A stretch of DNA of 53,788 bases from a virus (Duplodnaviria; Caudoviricetes), in IMG/VR virus record IMGVR_UViG_3300031953_000017, positions 1 through 53,788 of that record. One strand, 5' to 3'. The notes under the pieces are model-generated. The model was not told the DNA's origin and made no database searches. It saw nothing but the letters and a program-made list of their open reading frames with translations. A program made the translations under genes and the position numbers. Below are positions 26,131 through 36,218 of the stretch, piece after piece (position 1 is the first letter of the stretch; each line of letters opens with the position of its first letter).

Positions 26131-26714
26131 GTACTATCTCTCGCCAGCTCCGAGCGAACCGCACCATCATGCAGGTTCCGCTCTACGAGCTCGACAATGA
26201 ACTGGTCATTGTCGGCCCGGATGGGTCGACAGCCCCATTCTTGTCGCCGACTGCTGCGATCCTTGACGCTTGGCGTCAGGTTCTCACAACGACCGCCACC
26301 GGCGCGGGGCAGGGTGGCAACGTTTCGTGCGCCATCCTTGACGATGTGACGCTTGGCCTTTCCGAATCGGAGACCGACACCGAGCTGACCATTTGCTCTG
26401 TCGGAAACGAGTCGGAGCCGACGTTCGTGAGCGTGGATGCCCAGATCACCGGGTTCCGCGACAAGAACAAAGCCGACACAGGAGTCAACAACCTCTTCAC
26501 CCAGCTGAACAACGGAATCGACACTCGCTACGGCTGGATCGACCGCATCGGCCAGAAGAGTACCGATGCCTTCATTGACGGCCATATCATCTCCGCCTAC
26601 GACGCGCTCAACGACGTTCCCCTTGATGTGATGGAAGACCGCGGTAACATCAAGCTGCAGCAAAACCCCGTCCCTTCAGGCAACGTCCTGACCCTACACA
26701 CCCTCGGGAGCTAA
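26127..26714 (+). CDS. major tail (tube) protein 1
   Basis: NVSCAI...SETDTELTIC...WIDRIG pattern of actinophage tail tube proteins. Confidence 0.7.
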   Translation: MSTISRQLRANRTIMQVPLYELDNELVIVGPDGSTAPFLSPTAAILDAWRQVLTTTATGAGQGGNVSCAILDDVTLGLSESETDTELTICSVGNESEPTFVSVDAQITGFRDKNKADTGVNNLFTQLNNGIDTRYGWIDRIGQKSTDAFIDGHIISAYDALNDVPLDVMEDRGNIKLQQNPVPSGNVLTLHTLGS

Positions 26715-26716
26715 GA

Positions 26717-27475
26717 ATGCCTACACGCGATCTATCCAACAAGCGAGTCCAAATCTGGATCGCCCCAGCAAGTGCGCTCGCTAGCTACGAATATGCGACC
26801 GAGGCCGAGCTGGCCGCAATGATCATGGCCGCTCCGGCAATCCGCTGGGATGGCCTCGACTTCGGCATGCAAGCATCCGAACAGATCGACGACCGCTCAC
26901 TCGACGACGACGCAACAGCGACACTGCGAGGCTTTCTCCAGTTCGGCGGAGCGATCCCGTTCTTCTTCCCGAAGTTCACGGATCTCTCTTCAGTGCTGCG
27001 CGAAGTGTTCAACCTTGTGAAGGTTCAGGGAACCGAGCTTGTCATCGTCACCCGCGTCGGATTCGTCGATCGCAAGATTGCTGGCACCGCTGGCGACAAC
27101 ATCAACATCTATAAGGCTATGACCGATGGCTACACGCCGGACACCGAAGGAACGGGCGGCTACGCCTACATCCAGACGATGATCCCCCGTGGCGACGTTG
27201 CGCCTTGGACAATCGTTGCAGCCTCGCCCGCAGCCCAGGTTGAGATCACTGGTGGACTCACGGCAGCAATGGCCACAGGAACGCTCACGCTTCGCGGCGC
27301 GACGTACCTCGGCAACAACATCACCCCGCGCGCGACGTGGGCATCCAGTGACCAGGATGTCGCCATCGTGAGCAACAACGGAATCATTGAAGCGGTTGGC
27401 GCTGGTACTGCCAACGTAACCGCCACCTTCCCCGGTGGTGTAGAGTCGGATCCTGTGGTTGTAACAGTTTCCTAG
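26717..27475 (+). CDS. major tail (tube) protein 2 with C-terminal Ig-like (Big_2-type) domain
   Basis: ASEQIDDRSL...IVTRVG...GDNINIY; tail ATWASSDQDVAIVSNNGIIEAVGAGTANVTAT. Confidence 0.8.
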   Translation: MPTRDLSNKRVQIWIAPASALASYEYATEAELAAMIMAAPAIRWDGLDFGMQASEQIDDRSLDDDATATLRGFLQFGGAIPFFFPKFTDLSSVLREVFNLVKVQGTELVIVTRVGFVDRKIAGTAGDNINIYKAMTDGYTPDTEGTGGYAYIQTMIPRGDVAPWTIVAASPAAQVEITGGLTAAMATGTLTLRGATYLGNNITPRATWASSDQDVAIVSNNGIIEAVGAGTANVTATFPGGVESDPVVVTVS

Positions 27476-27496
27476 TTTTCCTGTGGTGGGAATCCG

Positions 27497-27528
27497 GCCC
27501 CGGTCGACTTGATAGTCGGCCGGGGTTT
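27497..27528 (+). terminator. intrinsic terminator after the tail tube genes
   Basis: GCCCCGGTCGACT-TGAT-AGTCGGCCGGGGT then TT. Confidence 0.7.
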
Positions 27529-27576
27529 CCTGCTACCATGAGCCTGTTACCCACCAATCGACTAAAGGAGTCCACC

Positions 27577-28305
27577 ATGGCAAAAGTAAACGAAAATGAC
27601 GAACACGAGGTTGACCTCGAAGCAGAGATGGATCCGAAAGAGATCGTCCAAAAGGCTCGAGGAACGTTCAGCGTTAGCAACCGACTCAAGAACATCAAGC
27701 TCGGGCACGCCCAGCTGACGCTCTTCACTGATACCGACGCTGTGGGCAAGTATCGCAAGATCAACACCGAGCTTCAGGTATTGAACGACGCGGCCAGCAA
27801 GGTCAACCTGAAGCTTGTGGGCGGCGCTGACCAGCAGAAGCGATTGGTCGACAGCTACACGGCCAAAGAGCCAGAGCTCGACGCGGCCAGAGAAGAGATG
27901 CTTGCTGGCGCTCTCGTGGTGAAGCTGCACGCATGGCCGGGCAAGGTTGCCAAGGCTGCGCGCGGTAAGGCTCGCCGGAAGTTCCACAGCGACATCCATC
28001 AGGGAGTTCCCCCGGAGAAGGCTTCGGAGGCTGCCAACTATGTCGACATGCTTCTGCTAGGTCAGACCATTGTGGAGATCGTCAACTCCGATGGCGAAGT
28101 AGACAGCCTTGCCCCATATGTGGACGGGTCGAAGCCTGTCAAAAAAGGCAAGAAGCCGGTCATGATCGACCCTCGCGACACGATCGGGACGCAGCTGGAG
28201 GACGATCTTCCGCCGAGCCAGTGGAAGCGACTCTACGACGCATACCAGACGCTCACGCTAACCGACCAGATCGGCGAAGCGGCCACGGAAGATCCGGGTT
28301 TCTAG
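27577..28305 (+). CDS. tail assembly chaperone (G)
   Basis: AAGGAG RBS; lies between tube and tape measure; ends at a slippery site. Confidence 0.8.
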   Translation: MAKVNENDEHEVDLEAEMDPKEIVQKARGTFSVSNRLKNIKLGHAQLTLFTDTDAVGKYRKINTELQVLNDAASKVNLKLVGGADQQKRLVDSYTAKEPELDAAREEMLAGALVVKLHAWPGKVAKAARGKARRKFHSDIHQGVPPEKASEAANYVDMLLLGQTIVEIVNSDGEVDSLAPYVDGSKPVKKGKKPVMIDPRDTIGTQLEDDLPPSQWKRLYDAYQTLTLTDQIGEAATEDPGF

Positions 28306-28820
28306 CCGGCGAACTCCACAAGGGGGAGAACGCCGAAATTCTTGACATGCTCAGGACGGCGGTAATCCGGGGTCTTCGCCCAACAACTCTTCTAATGAAT
28401 CGGCAGCCATACTCCAAATGGGATGGGCTCGACCGGCTTCTTCTGCGTGCCTATCAGACGTATGAGGACGAGAAGTCTGGCGAGACCGGATTGCCGCTAT
28501 GGCTGACACGTTCGGGCGACCCCGACATTCATTTCAACGTCGAAGCCCGAGAAGACTACGCGGCTGCAGCCTTGGCGAAATGGGACAAAGAGCAAGCCGA
28601 CAAGGGCGACAAAGCTGCCAAGGGAATGTCGCGCTACGCTGTGCCAGTCAATGCGGACGGGAAGCCTATCGAGTATGGTGGAGTCACGCGCCAGCAGTTC
28701 CGCGAGGCGGCCATTAAGGAAGCAGAGAATCTAGCAGAAGGTGTAGACCTCGAGCTGGATCGCCCTGAAGGCGGGTACGACCCCGCCGAATATGGGGACG
28801 GGCTAACCAACCCGCAATAA
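28296..28820 (+). CDS. tail assembly chaperone -1 frameshift extension (T)
   Basis: G-GGT-TTC heptamer at 28296-28302 just before TAG; -1 frame open to 28820. Confidence 0.8.
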   Translation, partial: GFLAGELHKGENAEILDMLRTAVIRGLRPTTLLMNRQPYSKWDGLDRLLLRAYQTYEDEKSGETGLPLWLTRSGDPDIHFNVEAREDYAAAALAKWDKEQADKGDKAAKGMSRYAVPVNADGKPIEYGGVTRQQFREAAIKEAENLAEGVDLELDRPEGGYDPAEYGDGLTNPQ

Positions 28821-28835
28821 GCCGAAAGGCTCAGC

Positions 28836-31800
28836 GTGAGTAGTTCTTCCGAATATCTTGCCTCACTCGGCATTGATACTTCCGACATGGACAAGGCCGT
28901 CAGCCAGACTGTCACGCTGTTGGCGCATCTCGGAACCCAGTTCGACGAGATTAGCGGCAAGGCCGGAACTGCCGAGCGCGCACTGCTGAGCAACGCTGAC
29001 GGGATGACCGCAGCCGAGCGTAAGGCCGCATCCCTCAAGGAGGAACTGTACGACGCAGCACAGGCTTACGAGCGCCTGAATAAAGCGGAGAAGGCTGCCG
29101 AATCCAACCTGAACTCCAGTGCAGCCACAAGCAAGACGCAGAGCAAGAGTGAGGCTGAGTTTGCCGCGTACATAAAGACCGGCTCAGACAACGACTCTTA
29201 CGCGGCCAGTGCGGCAGCCAAAAAGCGCGATGCTGACGCGACAAAATCTGCGGCCGACGCTCAGCGGCTACTGCAAACGGAAACCAAGCAGACCACCGCA
29301 GCTCGCAAGGCCGAGCTAGCGGAAATGAAGCGCACGATTCAGGAGCGACACAAAGAGTCTGGCGCGACAAAGGATCAAGAGCAGAACCTAGCCCGACTGC
29401 GTTACGCCGTCTATGACGTGTCGAACGCTATGGCCATTGGTGGCGCGGCTGCCTCTGCCTTTGTCGTCGGCATCGTTGGCACGGGCGTTGCGTATGAGCG
29501 GGAGTTTGCTGACGTTCGCCGTACCGTGGGGGTCACCGGCGATGCGGCCGACGATCTCTATGACAAGTTCATCAAAATCAGCACAAGCATCCCCGTTGCG
29601 TTTTCGAGCCTCGCAGAGATAGGCACGCTCGCCGGACAGCTGGGCGTGGCAGAGCAAAGCGTGGCATCGTTCACCGAGACCACTGCGCAGTTCGCGGCGA
29701 CCACTGACGTATCCGTCGAAGCCAGTGCCACAGCGTTTGGCCGGCTGGACGAACTTGTCGACGGTGTTGACGGGCAATACAAGAAGCTCGCATCGTCGAT
29801 CCTCAACGTCGGCATCAACTCGGTTGCAACCGAATCCCAGATCATCGGCATCGCCTCACAGATCGCGGCGACAGGCAACCAGGCCGGACTGACGGCCGAC
29901 GAGATCATCGGCCTCTCCAGCTCGCTCGCATCCCTCGGCGTGGCGCCGGAAGCGGCTCGAGGAACAATCCTTCGAGTGTTCTCCAAGATCAACTCTGCAG
30001 TGTCGGAGGGTGGCGAAAAGCTCAACGACTTCGCCTCCATATCCCGGCAGTCAGCGGCCGAGTTCCAGGAGGGCTGGGGTTCAGACTTCACGACCACGTT
30101 CCTGGCCTTCCTTGAAGGGGTCGACTCCAACGGCAGGGATGCCGAGGCGGTGCTCCGCGACTTGGGCATCACCGCAACTCGCGACGTCAACGCCATGCTG
30201 AAGCTCGCGCAAAACTCGGATGCCGTTGCCGCCAACCTAAACCTTGCAGCCTTGGGCTACCAGAACACGAACATCCTTGCCGAAAACTTCGGCATCATCG
30301 CCGAGACCAACGCCAGCAAGCTTCAGGTTTTGGCTCAGACGGTTCAGGCTTTCGCGGCGAGCGTGGGCGAAGCATCCAGCGGCCCCCTCTCCGGGTTCCT
30401 CGACTACCTCCAGCGCGTGCTGGTCGCACTCAACGAGTTTGCGGGCACCGGCGTGGGCCAGACAGTCGGCTTCATCGCAACACTTATCGGCGGACTCGTG
30501 GCGGTCATGCTGCTGCTTGGCGCTGTCACGCTTCGCGCTGCCGGATCGTTCTTGGCGCTCAAGACCGCTCTCAGTGATGCCTACCTCCAGAGCATGCTCG
30601 CTCGGGGCGGAATGTCCGCACTCACGGCCAGCCTCTTCGGCGCGGCAGGTGGGGCTGCAGCATTCGCCGCGGCACTCAAGGTTACCGGTGTTGGACTGCT
30701 ACTCACGGGCGGTCTCTACTTGCTCGGTGAAGCCATCGCTGCCATCGGCAAGGGCATGCAGACTGCCGAAGAGCGCGCCACCGAATACTTCGGGACGCTC
30801 GACGGACTGAGCGAAGCCATCAAGGGAGACAACGTTCGCATCTTCACCGAGCGGCAAGAAGCGCTCAACGCGACACTCGCTGACGTGGCTGCGACCGGGC
30901 AGGACTGGATTGATGTGCTGAAAGGTGCAGGCGAAGCGCAGAACGACATTGCCGATGGATCCAACTCGGCTGCCGGGGCGATCGACGCGCAAACCCTCTC
31001 AATTGGAGAGAACACGAAAGAGTGGATCCGCAACAACATCGCGTCGAACGAAGCGTTCCAGTCGATTTTTGCCGACATCGAAGCGCTAGACCGACTCTCG
31101 GCCAACCGAATAGACCTGGGCAACGGAACCGACCTCACAGGTTTCGAGACTTTCGACATCAAAGAGTTCTCCAACCAGCTCGCCAACGGCGGGGTCGGCG
31201 CGGGAACTGCCTATATCGAAAACTTCAAGGCTGGAGTTATCGCTGCGGCAGAAGAGACCGGGGACTCCAACATCATCGCCACGGCCGAGGCGTTCCTTAG
31301 CGGCAACGAAACGCTGATCGCCGCAGAACAAGCTGGGCGCGAAGTTGCTAACGCCCTAACCTCGGGCATGGAAGATGCAGCCCAAGATGACGCCATTAGC
31401 TCGATCCTCGACTCGGCGTTCGGGGAAGTCCAGGACGGCGCAGAATTCACAGGGGAAACCCTCAGTAGCCTTATCAGCGACATCTACAAAGTCGTCAACG
31501 CTGAAGCCGATCTGGCATCCAACACACAGGCGCTCGGCGCGGACTTCGCCAACAACGGCGCTCAGATCGCCTCCAGCGGCTCCGCAATGCAGTCGGTCAT
31601 CTCTTCCATCTACGCAAGCTCTTTGGGCGCGCCAGAGGCTGCAAACCGGATGCAGGGACTATTCAACGAACTCGTGCAGGGCGGATACGCTTCAGCTTCG
31701 CAACTCTCTGGGCTCAAGGCCATCATCGACAGCCTTGCCGGCGGTGGCCCTGTCGTCGCGGCCACATTCGGTATGGAGAACTTCGCCGCGGGAATCAAGA

Positions 31801-33038
31801 GCGTAGAGCAGGCTGCGGGCGGTGGCGGTAGCAGTGGGGGCGGGGCGACTGAAGCTGTCCGTACTCTCGTTGACTACGCCGACGATCTTCGCAAGGTCTT
31901 CTCGCGTTCGTTCGACATTCGCTTCGGCGGATCCCAAGGCGCTGACGACATCGCCTCGGGCTGGCTCAAGATTCGGGATGCCGTTTCGGCGACCACCTTG
32001 CAGATTGCCGAATACCAGGCCGAGATGCAAGGGCTCACTGCCGACAAGGCTATTCGCGAGTACTGGCTGTCGGTTGCCGAAAACTATGGCGATGCACTCC
32101 GGGCTGGGCAGCTCCGCGCCGAGATCGCAGAGATTGACGCAGACCTCGCCAAGTCGGCAGAAAACCTGTCCGACGCTCAGGCAGATGGATCGAAGACGTT
32201 GGTGGGAAACTCGAAGGCAGCCATCGCGAACCGCTCCGAAATCCTCGGGCTTGTCGGCTCGTACCAAGATTACGTCGCATCCCTCGCTGCGGCTGGCGTG
32301 CCTCAAGCCGAACTGCAGGCGAAATCAGCACAGCTCAAAGCTGACTTCATCGCACAGGCCACACAGCTCGGATACAACGTCAACGAGCTCGGGCTGTACG
32401 CTGCAGCGTTCGATGATGTCTCTACGGCTGTAGCGCGGCTGCCCCGCAACATTACTGTTGGCGCAGACGTGAACCCAGCCATTCAGGCGCTCAACGAACT
32501 GCAGTCCAAGGTGAAGAGCCTGAACGGCAGCGGTGGCGTGACGATCCCGGTAAAGACCGTCGGGTATGTCGACCAGGGCGCGCGGAACGCACTCTTTACC
32601 CAATGGGCGACAAAGACCCAAGAGCAGTACGGGCGAGCGCTCGCACAGTCGGCCTCTGGCTGGGCTGCCGTTCGACGCATGTGGGCTGAAGGGGCATACG
32701 GCAACCCCGGCTTTCGTTCGGGTGGCTACACGGGCAACCTTCCGGCATGGAAGAGCGCTGGCGAAGTCCACGGCCGCGAGTTTGTTCTCAACGAGCAAGG
32801 AACCTCGATGTTCCCCCGACAGGTTCTCGACGCAGCCAACCAGGGTCGACAGGTCAGCTTCGGAGCGCAACAGTCTAAGGCTCCCAAGTTCCCCAGCGTC
32901 ATGCGTGTGGAGTTGTCGCCGATCGACCGTGACCTGATTGCGCAGGGCGGACAGGTTACAGTGATGGTGGGCGCCGACGTTATCGGCCAGTCTGCAAGCT
33001 CGTCCTTTTCGGACGACGACCACCGAGGAGCAAGCTAG
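28836..33038 (+). CDS. tape measure protein
   Basis: 1400 aa Ala-rich helical; central hydrophobic segments; C-terminal FRSGGYTG...GEVHGREFVLN motif. Confidence 0.95.
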   Translation: MSSSSEYLASLGIDTSDMDKAVSQTVTLLAHLGTQFDEISGKAGTAERALLSNADGMTAAERKAASLKEELYDAAQAYERLNKAEKAAESNLNSSAATSKTQSKSEAEFAAYIKTGSDNDSYAASAAAKKRDADATKSAADAQRLLQTETKQTTAARKAELAEMKRTIQERHKESGATKDQEQNLARLRYAVYDVSNAMAIGGAAASAFVVGIVGTGVAYEREFADVRRTVGVTGDAADDLYDKFIKISTSIPVAFSSLAEIGTLAGQLGVAEQSVASFTETTAQFAATTDVSVEASATAFGRLDELVDGVDGQYKKLASSILNVGINSVATESQIIGIASQIAATGNQAGLTADEIIGLSSSLASLGVAPEAARGTILRVFSKINSAVSEGGEKLNDFASISRQSAAEFQEGWGSDFTTTFLAFLEGVDSNGRDAEAVLRDLGITATRDVNAMLKLAQNSDAVAANLNLAALGYQNTNILAENFGIIAETNASKLQVLAQTVQAFAASVGEASSGPLSGFLDYLQRVLVALNEFAGTGVGQTVGFIATLIGGLVAVMLLLGAVTLRAAGSFLALKTALSDAYLQSMLARGGMSALTASLFGAAGGAAAFAAALKVTGVGLLLTGGLYLLGEAIAAIGKGMQTAEERATEYFGTLDGLSEAIKGDNVRIFTERQEALNATLADVAATGQDWIDVLKGAGEAQNDIADGSNSAAGAIDAQTLSIGENTKEWIRNNIASNEAFQSIFADIEALDRLSANRIDLGNGTDLTGFETFDIKEFSNQLANGGVGAGTAYIENFKAGVIAAAEETGDSNIIATAEAFLSGNETLIAAEQAGREVANALTSGMEDAAQDDAISSILDSAFGEVQDGAEFTGETLSSLISDIYKVVNAEADLASNTQALGADFANNGAQIASSGSAMQSVISSIYASSLGAPEAANRMQGLFNELVQGGYASASQLSGLKAIIDSLAGGGPVVAATFGMENFAAGIKSVEQAAGGGGSSGGGATEAVRTLVDYADDLRKVFSRSFDIRFGGSQGADDIASGWLKIRDAVSATTLQIAEYQAEMQGLTADKAIREYWLSVAENYGDALRAGQLRAEIAEIDADLAKSAENLSDAQADGSKTLVGNSKAAIANRSEILGLVGSYQDYVASLAAAGVPQAELQAKSAQLKADFIAQATQLGYNVNELGLYAAAFDDVSTAVARLPRNITVGADVNPAIQALNELQSKVKSLNGSGGVTIPVKTVGYVDQGARNALFTQWATKTQEQYGRALAQSASGWAAVRRMWAEGAYGNPGFRSGGYTGNLPAWKSAGEVHGREFVLNEQGTSMFPRQVLDAANQGRQVSFGAQQSKAPKFPSVMRVELSPIDRDLIAQGGQVTVMVGADVIGQSASSSFSDDDHRGAS

Positions 33039-33931
33039 TGGCCATCAAGGGTAAAACGTGGTTCGGAACTCGAGGTCAAGAGGCTTGGGTTCCAACCCCG
33101 GCCATCAACCCCGAATACTCGAGAGCTGGTTACAGCTCCGGCGTGAGCCAAGGAATCAACGGCATGGGGTTCTTGCGGGAATCCAAGAGCGCCCACAACG
33201 TGTACGTCCTGTCGTGGCCAGTAACCAAGACTCGAGATGCCATCCGACTTATCACCGACTTCGCCGATGGCGTTTTCGACATGGAGGATGGGGTGAACCT
33301 GATCTACTGGATTGACCCCATGGCCGCAGACAAGAATGTCCTATGCCAGGGCTGGGCCACACCATCGCTAGCGACGGAGGACGGCGTGCCTTTGCTCACT
33401 AATGCAGACGGGCATGGAAGACCGAAAGCGGTTCCCACCCCGCCGAACAGCAACCGATACCCGGCACGCTCAGCGCAGTACACCATCACGCCCACGTCGC
33501 TGCCCATCAGCCAGTACATTCCGATCCCCCCGGGCTTCTCGGCGTGGGTGGGAATACATGGCGACGTGGCGGCTGCTGGCGCTCTTCGCGTTCAGCCCGT
33601 CAACGGTTTGGTCGATGCTGGATCAGCAATCACCCCCGACGTCCTGCCGGCATCAACCACAATTCGCGTAAACACTGAAATCTCTAGCCTGTCTGCGGCT
33701 GGCATCGTTCTGGAGTTTGCTCCAGTTCTTTCCAGCACGGTATTTACGCTGTACGGCCTAATCGTTCAGATCTTGCCCACAGGCCAGATCCCCGCGAACG
33801 GTGACTTCATTTCGGGGCAGGGTAACTCCGGCTGCCAGTTCGTCGGCAAGCCGGCAAAGACTCCGTACAGCGCTAAGCTCGACAAAGTTGGAGCTACGGC
33901 TCGACTCGAAGAGACTGGGATGGGGCGCTAA
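33038..33931 (+). CDS. minor tail protein (distal tail-like)
   Basis: First gene after tape measure; 297 aa. Confidence 0.7.
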   Translation: MAIKGKTWFGTRGQEAWVPTPAINPEYSRAGYSSGVSQGINGMGFLRESKSAHNVYVLSWPVTKTRDAIRLITDFADGVFDMEDGVNLIYWIDPMAADKNVLCQGWATPSLATEDGVPLLTNADGHGRPKAVPTPPNSNRYPARSAQYTITPTSLPISQYIPIPPGFSAWVGIHGDVAAAGALRVQPVNGLVDAGSAITPDVLPASTTIRVNTEISSLSAAGIVLEFAPVLSSTVFTLYGLIVQILPTGQIPANGDFISGQGNSGCQFVGKPAKTPYSAKLDKVGATARLEETGMGR

Positions 33932-35583
33932 TGGCTACTGGAGTAGATGTCAGAATCGGCGGCAAAGTCGTTCGTGGGATAACCAACTATGTGGTGAAGG
34001 AAGAGTCCACGCCTGTTGACGTTTCGGACTCTACCGGCGCCACCGGAAACTTCACCCTCTCCCTGGCTTCTGACGATACTGTTTTCATTAAGAGAACTCG
34101 CCGGAAGACTGTGATTCTGGAAGACCGCGGGCAGGGGCTCATTGACGGTATCGCCCGAGTACCCTCGGCGGCGCAGCTTTCGGCAACACTATCCGTGGAC
34201 TCGAAGATGACGCTGCTGTCGGTGGAGCGCACGGCACTTCCCTACAACGGCACGCTGGGTGGCTATTTTGTCTATCTACTAAGTCTTGTCGGGATAACTT
34301 CGGACTACTTTGTGGATTCTGACATCGCCTCGACCCCCGCAGTGTTTCCGGGCTGGCAGGGGGATGTCTGGTTCCATATGAAAAAGATGCTCTCCGCAAA
34401 AGGCGTGGAGGCATCCTTGGTCTCCGGCATTATGGTTATGCGGCCACTTCGGGGGCGCGTGACAGTAGACCGAAGAGACCTTGATTTCTCTTGGGCCGTC
34501 GACGACCAGAACCTTGCACTGTCCGTTGAGGGCTACTACTACAACAACCGTTACCTCGTTGGGGGGCTGGCCTATCCGTCGGGGGGTTGGAATGAGGACG
34601 TTCAGGTCTATCAGGTAGACGCAAACGAGATCGTCGAATTTGACATCCCCGTCGACTGCAGCTTACTTTCCATAGAGCAGCCCGTATCCATGAACAGTGT
34701 GCCCAGGGAGCATGAGTCCTCTTCGGCCTATTCGGTAATGAGTAGCGATGGTTACCCCTACTCGGCGGCGCAGTGGGATGCCGAAGGCGGCAAGATTGTC
34801 GTTTCCATCAACGAGGACACGCGGAGCTTGACCGTAACCATTCAAGGGCCGAGCAATACCGAATACGCCCCGTTCAGAATCGCGGCAACCGCTGGCCCTA
34901 GCGACAACTATTCGAGTCTCCGGGTCGTCGGCGAAGGGGTATTTTTCAACAAGAAACTCCTGAACATTCGTACCGGCGTGAGTGAAGATCTCGCATCCCA
35001 AGAGGTCGGCACGACCGTCGACAACGAGTTCATCTCCACGCTCGAAGATCTGTACGATGCCTTGATTTGGCCACTGGCTCGCTTTGGCGGTAGCCGGCAA
35101 ACCATCACGGTCAGAACTGCCGGGATAAACCGTTCCGGCGATTCTGGAGTCTACTCTTATCCGACAATTGCAGACTTCAACAGTCACGCGATCGACGAAG
35201 GCTGGGCTGATCTGGCAGATGCCAATGCAGCTTATGCGGGTATGACTATCGCAGAATTCAACGCCGAACAGTATGCCAGCGTTGCCGACTCTTTCGTCAA
35301 CCAGGCTTTCGGGAACGTGGCTGGAGCTCGGACAAAGCGAGACAATATTTGGTGGCGCATCCGGCAAGCCTCTATCGAGCCGAGCGTGATCGCCTACACT
35401 GCGGAGGCGGACACCACTGTTGGGGACTTCGACCTAGAGTGGGGTTCCGTGGATGGCGCGGACAGTCCCAAAACTATTGCGGATTTCAATGCGCACTGGG
35501 GGGCTGGCGGATCCTGGGGTGGCGCTCAGTCTGCGACCATCAGCGACATCAATGTGGCGCCACTAGAGGGAGCGATTTCATAA
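33931..35583 (+). CDS. minor tail protein (baseplate hub-like)
   Basis: Synteny; 550 aa; C-terminal TIADFN-like repeats. Confidence 0.7.
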   Translation: MATGVDVRIGGKVVRGITNYVVKEESTPVDVSDSTGATGNFTLSLASDDTVFIKRTRRKTVILEDRGQGLIDGIARVPSAAQLSATLSVDSKMTLLSVERTALPYNGTLGGYFVYLLSLVGITSDYFVDSDIASTPAVFPGWQGDVWFHMKKMLSAKGVEASLVSGIMVMRPLRGRVTVDRRDLDFSWAVDDQNLALSVEGYYYNNRYLVGGLAYPSGGWNEDVQVYQVDANEIVEFDIPVDCSLLSIEQPVSMNSVPREHESSSAYSVMSSDGYPYSAAQWDAEGGKIVVSINEDTRSLTVTIQGPSNTEYAPFRIAATAGPSDNYSSLRVVGEGVFFNKKLLNIRTGVSEDLASQEVGTTVDNEFISTLEDLYDALIWPLARFGGSRQTITVRTAGINRSGDSGVYSYPTIADFNSHAIDEGWADLADANAAYAGMTIAEFNAEQYASVADSFVNQAFGNVAGARTKRDNIWWRIRQASIEPSVIAYTAEADTTVGDFDLEWGSVDGADSPKTIADFNAHWGAGGSWGGAQSATISDINVAPLEGAIS

Positions 35584-36188
35584 TGACTGATTCAAATGTT
35601 CCCCGATTCGAGAAGTCTGGACTGTCGAGGGAGAGCCGACCGTGGGGCCGGCAGGTCGAAAACTTGCTAAAGCAGCTCGTAAGAGACTCTTCGCGTTCTG
35701 GCAACTCAGATTTGAACGCTAACAAAACCCAGAACTCGACCATGGCTGAACTGTCCAACCAGATTAGGGCGATGCCTATTCCTGTGGCGGCTTACACCTC
35801 AGACACCGGCTTCAGCCTCGCGGCTACGCGATACTTTCAGGTCACAATACCCATCCCCGCGGGCAAGACATCCATGACGCTCACCGCCATTGCCAACGTG
35901 GCAGCGCTGGACGCGACATCGGGCGGGGCGGCTGTCGCCTCAGCCTCGATCGAGGTTGGCGGATCTGGCTTCCTACATTCATCCCCCATCGTCCCAGCAT
36001 CAAAGGATGCCGGCGCTAGCGCTGTCAACAACCTGATAACCCCCGCAATGGGATTCCAGCAAGCGGGCCTGATACCGGGCAGCAACCTGTCGGTGGCTCT
36101 AGCCGTTTTCGCCACCAACGGCTCGGCCTTCCCCGCACGATCGCAAAACTACGCCACGCTCACCGTGAGCTGCATCTTCTTCGACTAA
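35583..36188 (+). CDS. minor tail protein
   Basis: TAATG overlap; SRPWGRQVE, coiled segment, then beta domain. Confidence 0.65.
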   Translation: MTDSNVPRFEKSGLSRESRPWGRQVENLLKQLVRDSSRSGNSDLNANKTQNSTMAELSNQIRAMPIPVAAYTSDTGFSLAATRYFQVTIPIPAGKTSMTLTAIANVAALDATSGGAAVASASIEVGGSGFLHSSPIVPASKDAGASAVNNLITPAMGFQQAGLIPGSNLSVALAVFATNGSAFPARSQNYATLTVSCIFFD

Positions 36189-36218
36189 CCGCAAAACACA
36201 ACTGATAGGATCTCGACC

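Noticed and set aside
26660-26717. -1 frameshift at A-AAC-CCC fusing the two tail-tube genes
   Set aside because: The -1 frame is open, but C-rich heptamers are weak and the second gene has its own GGGAG RBS.
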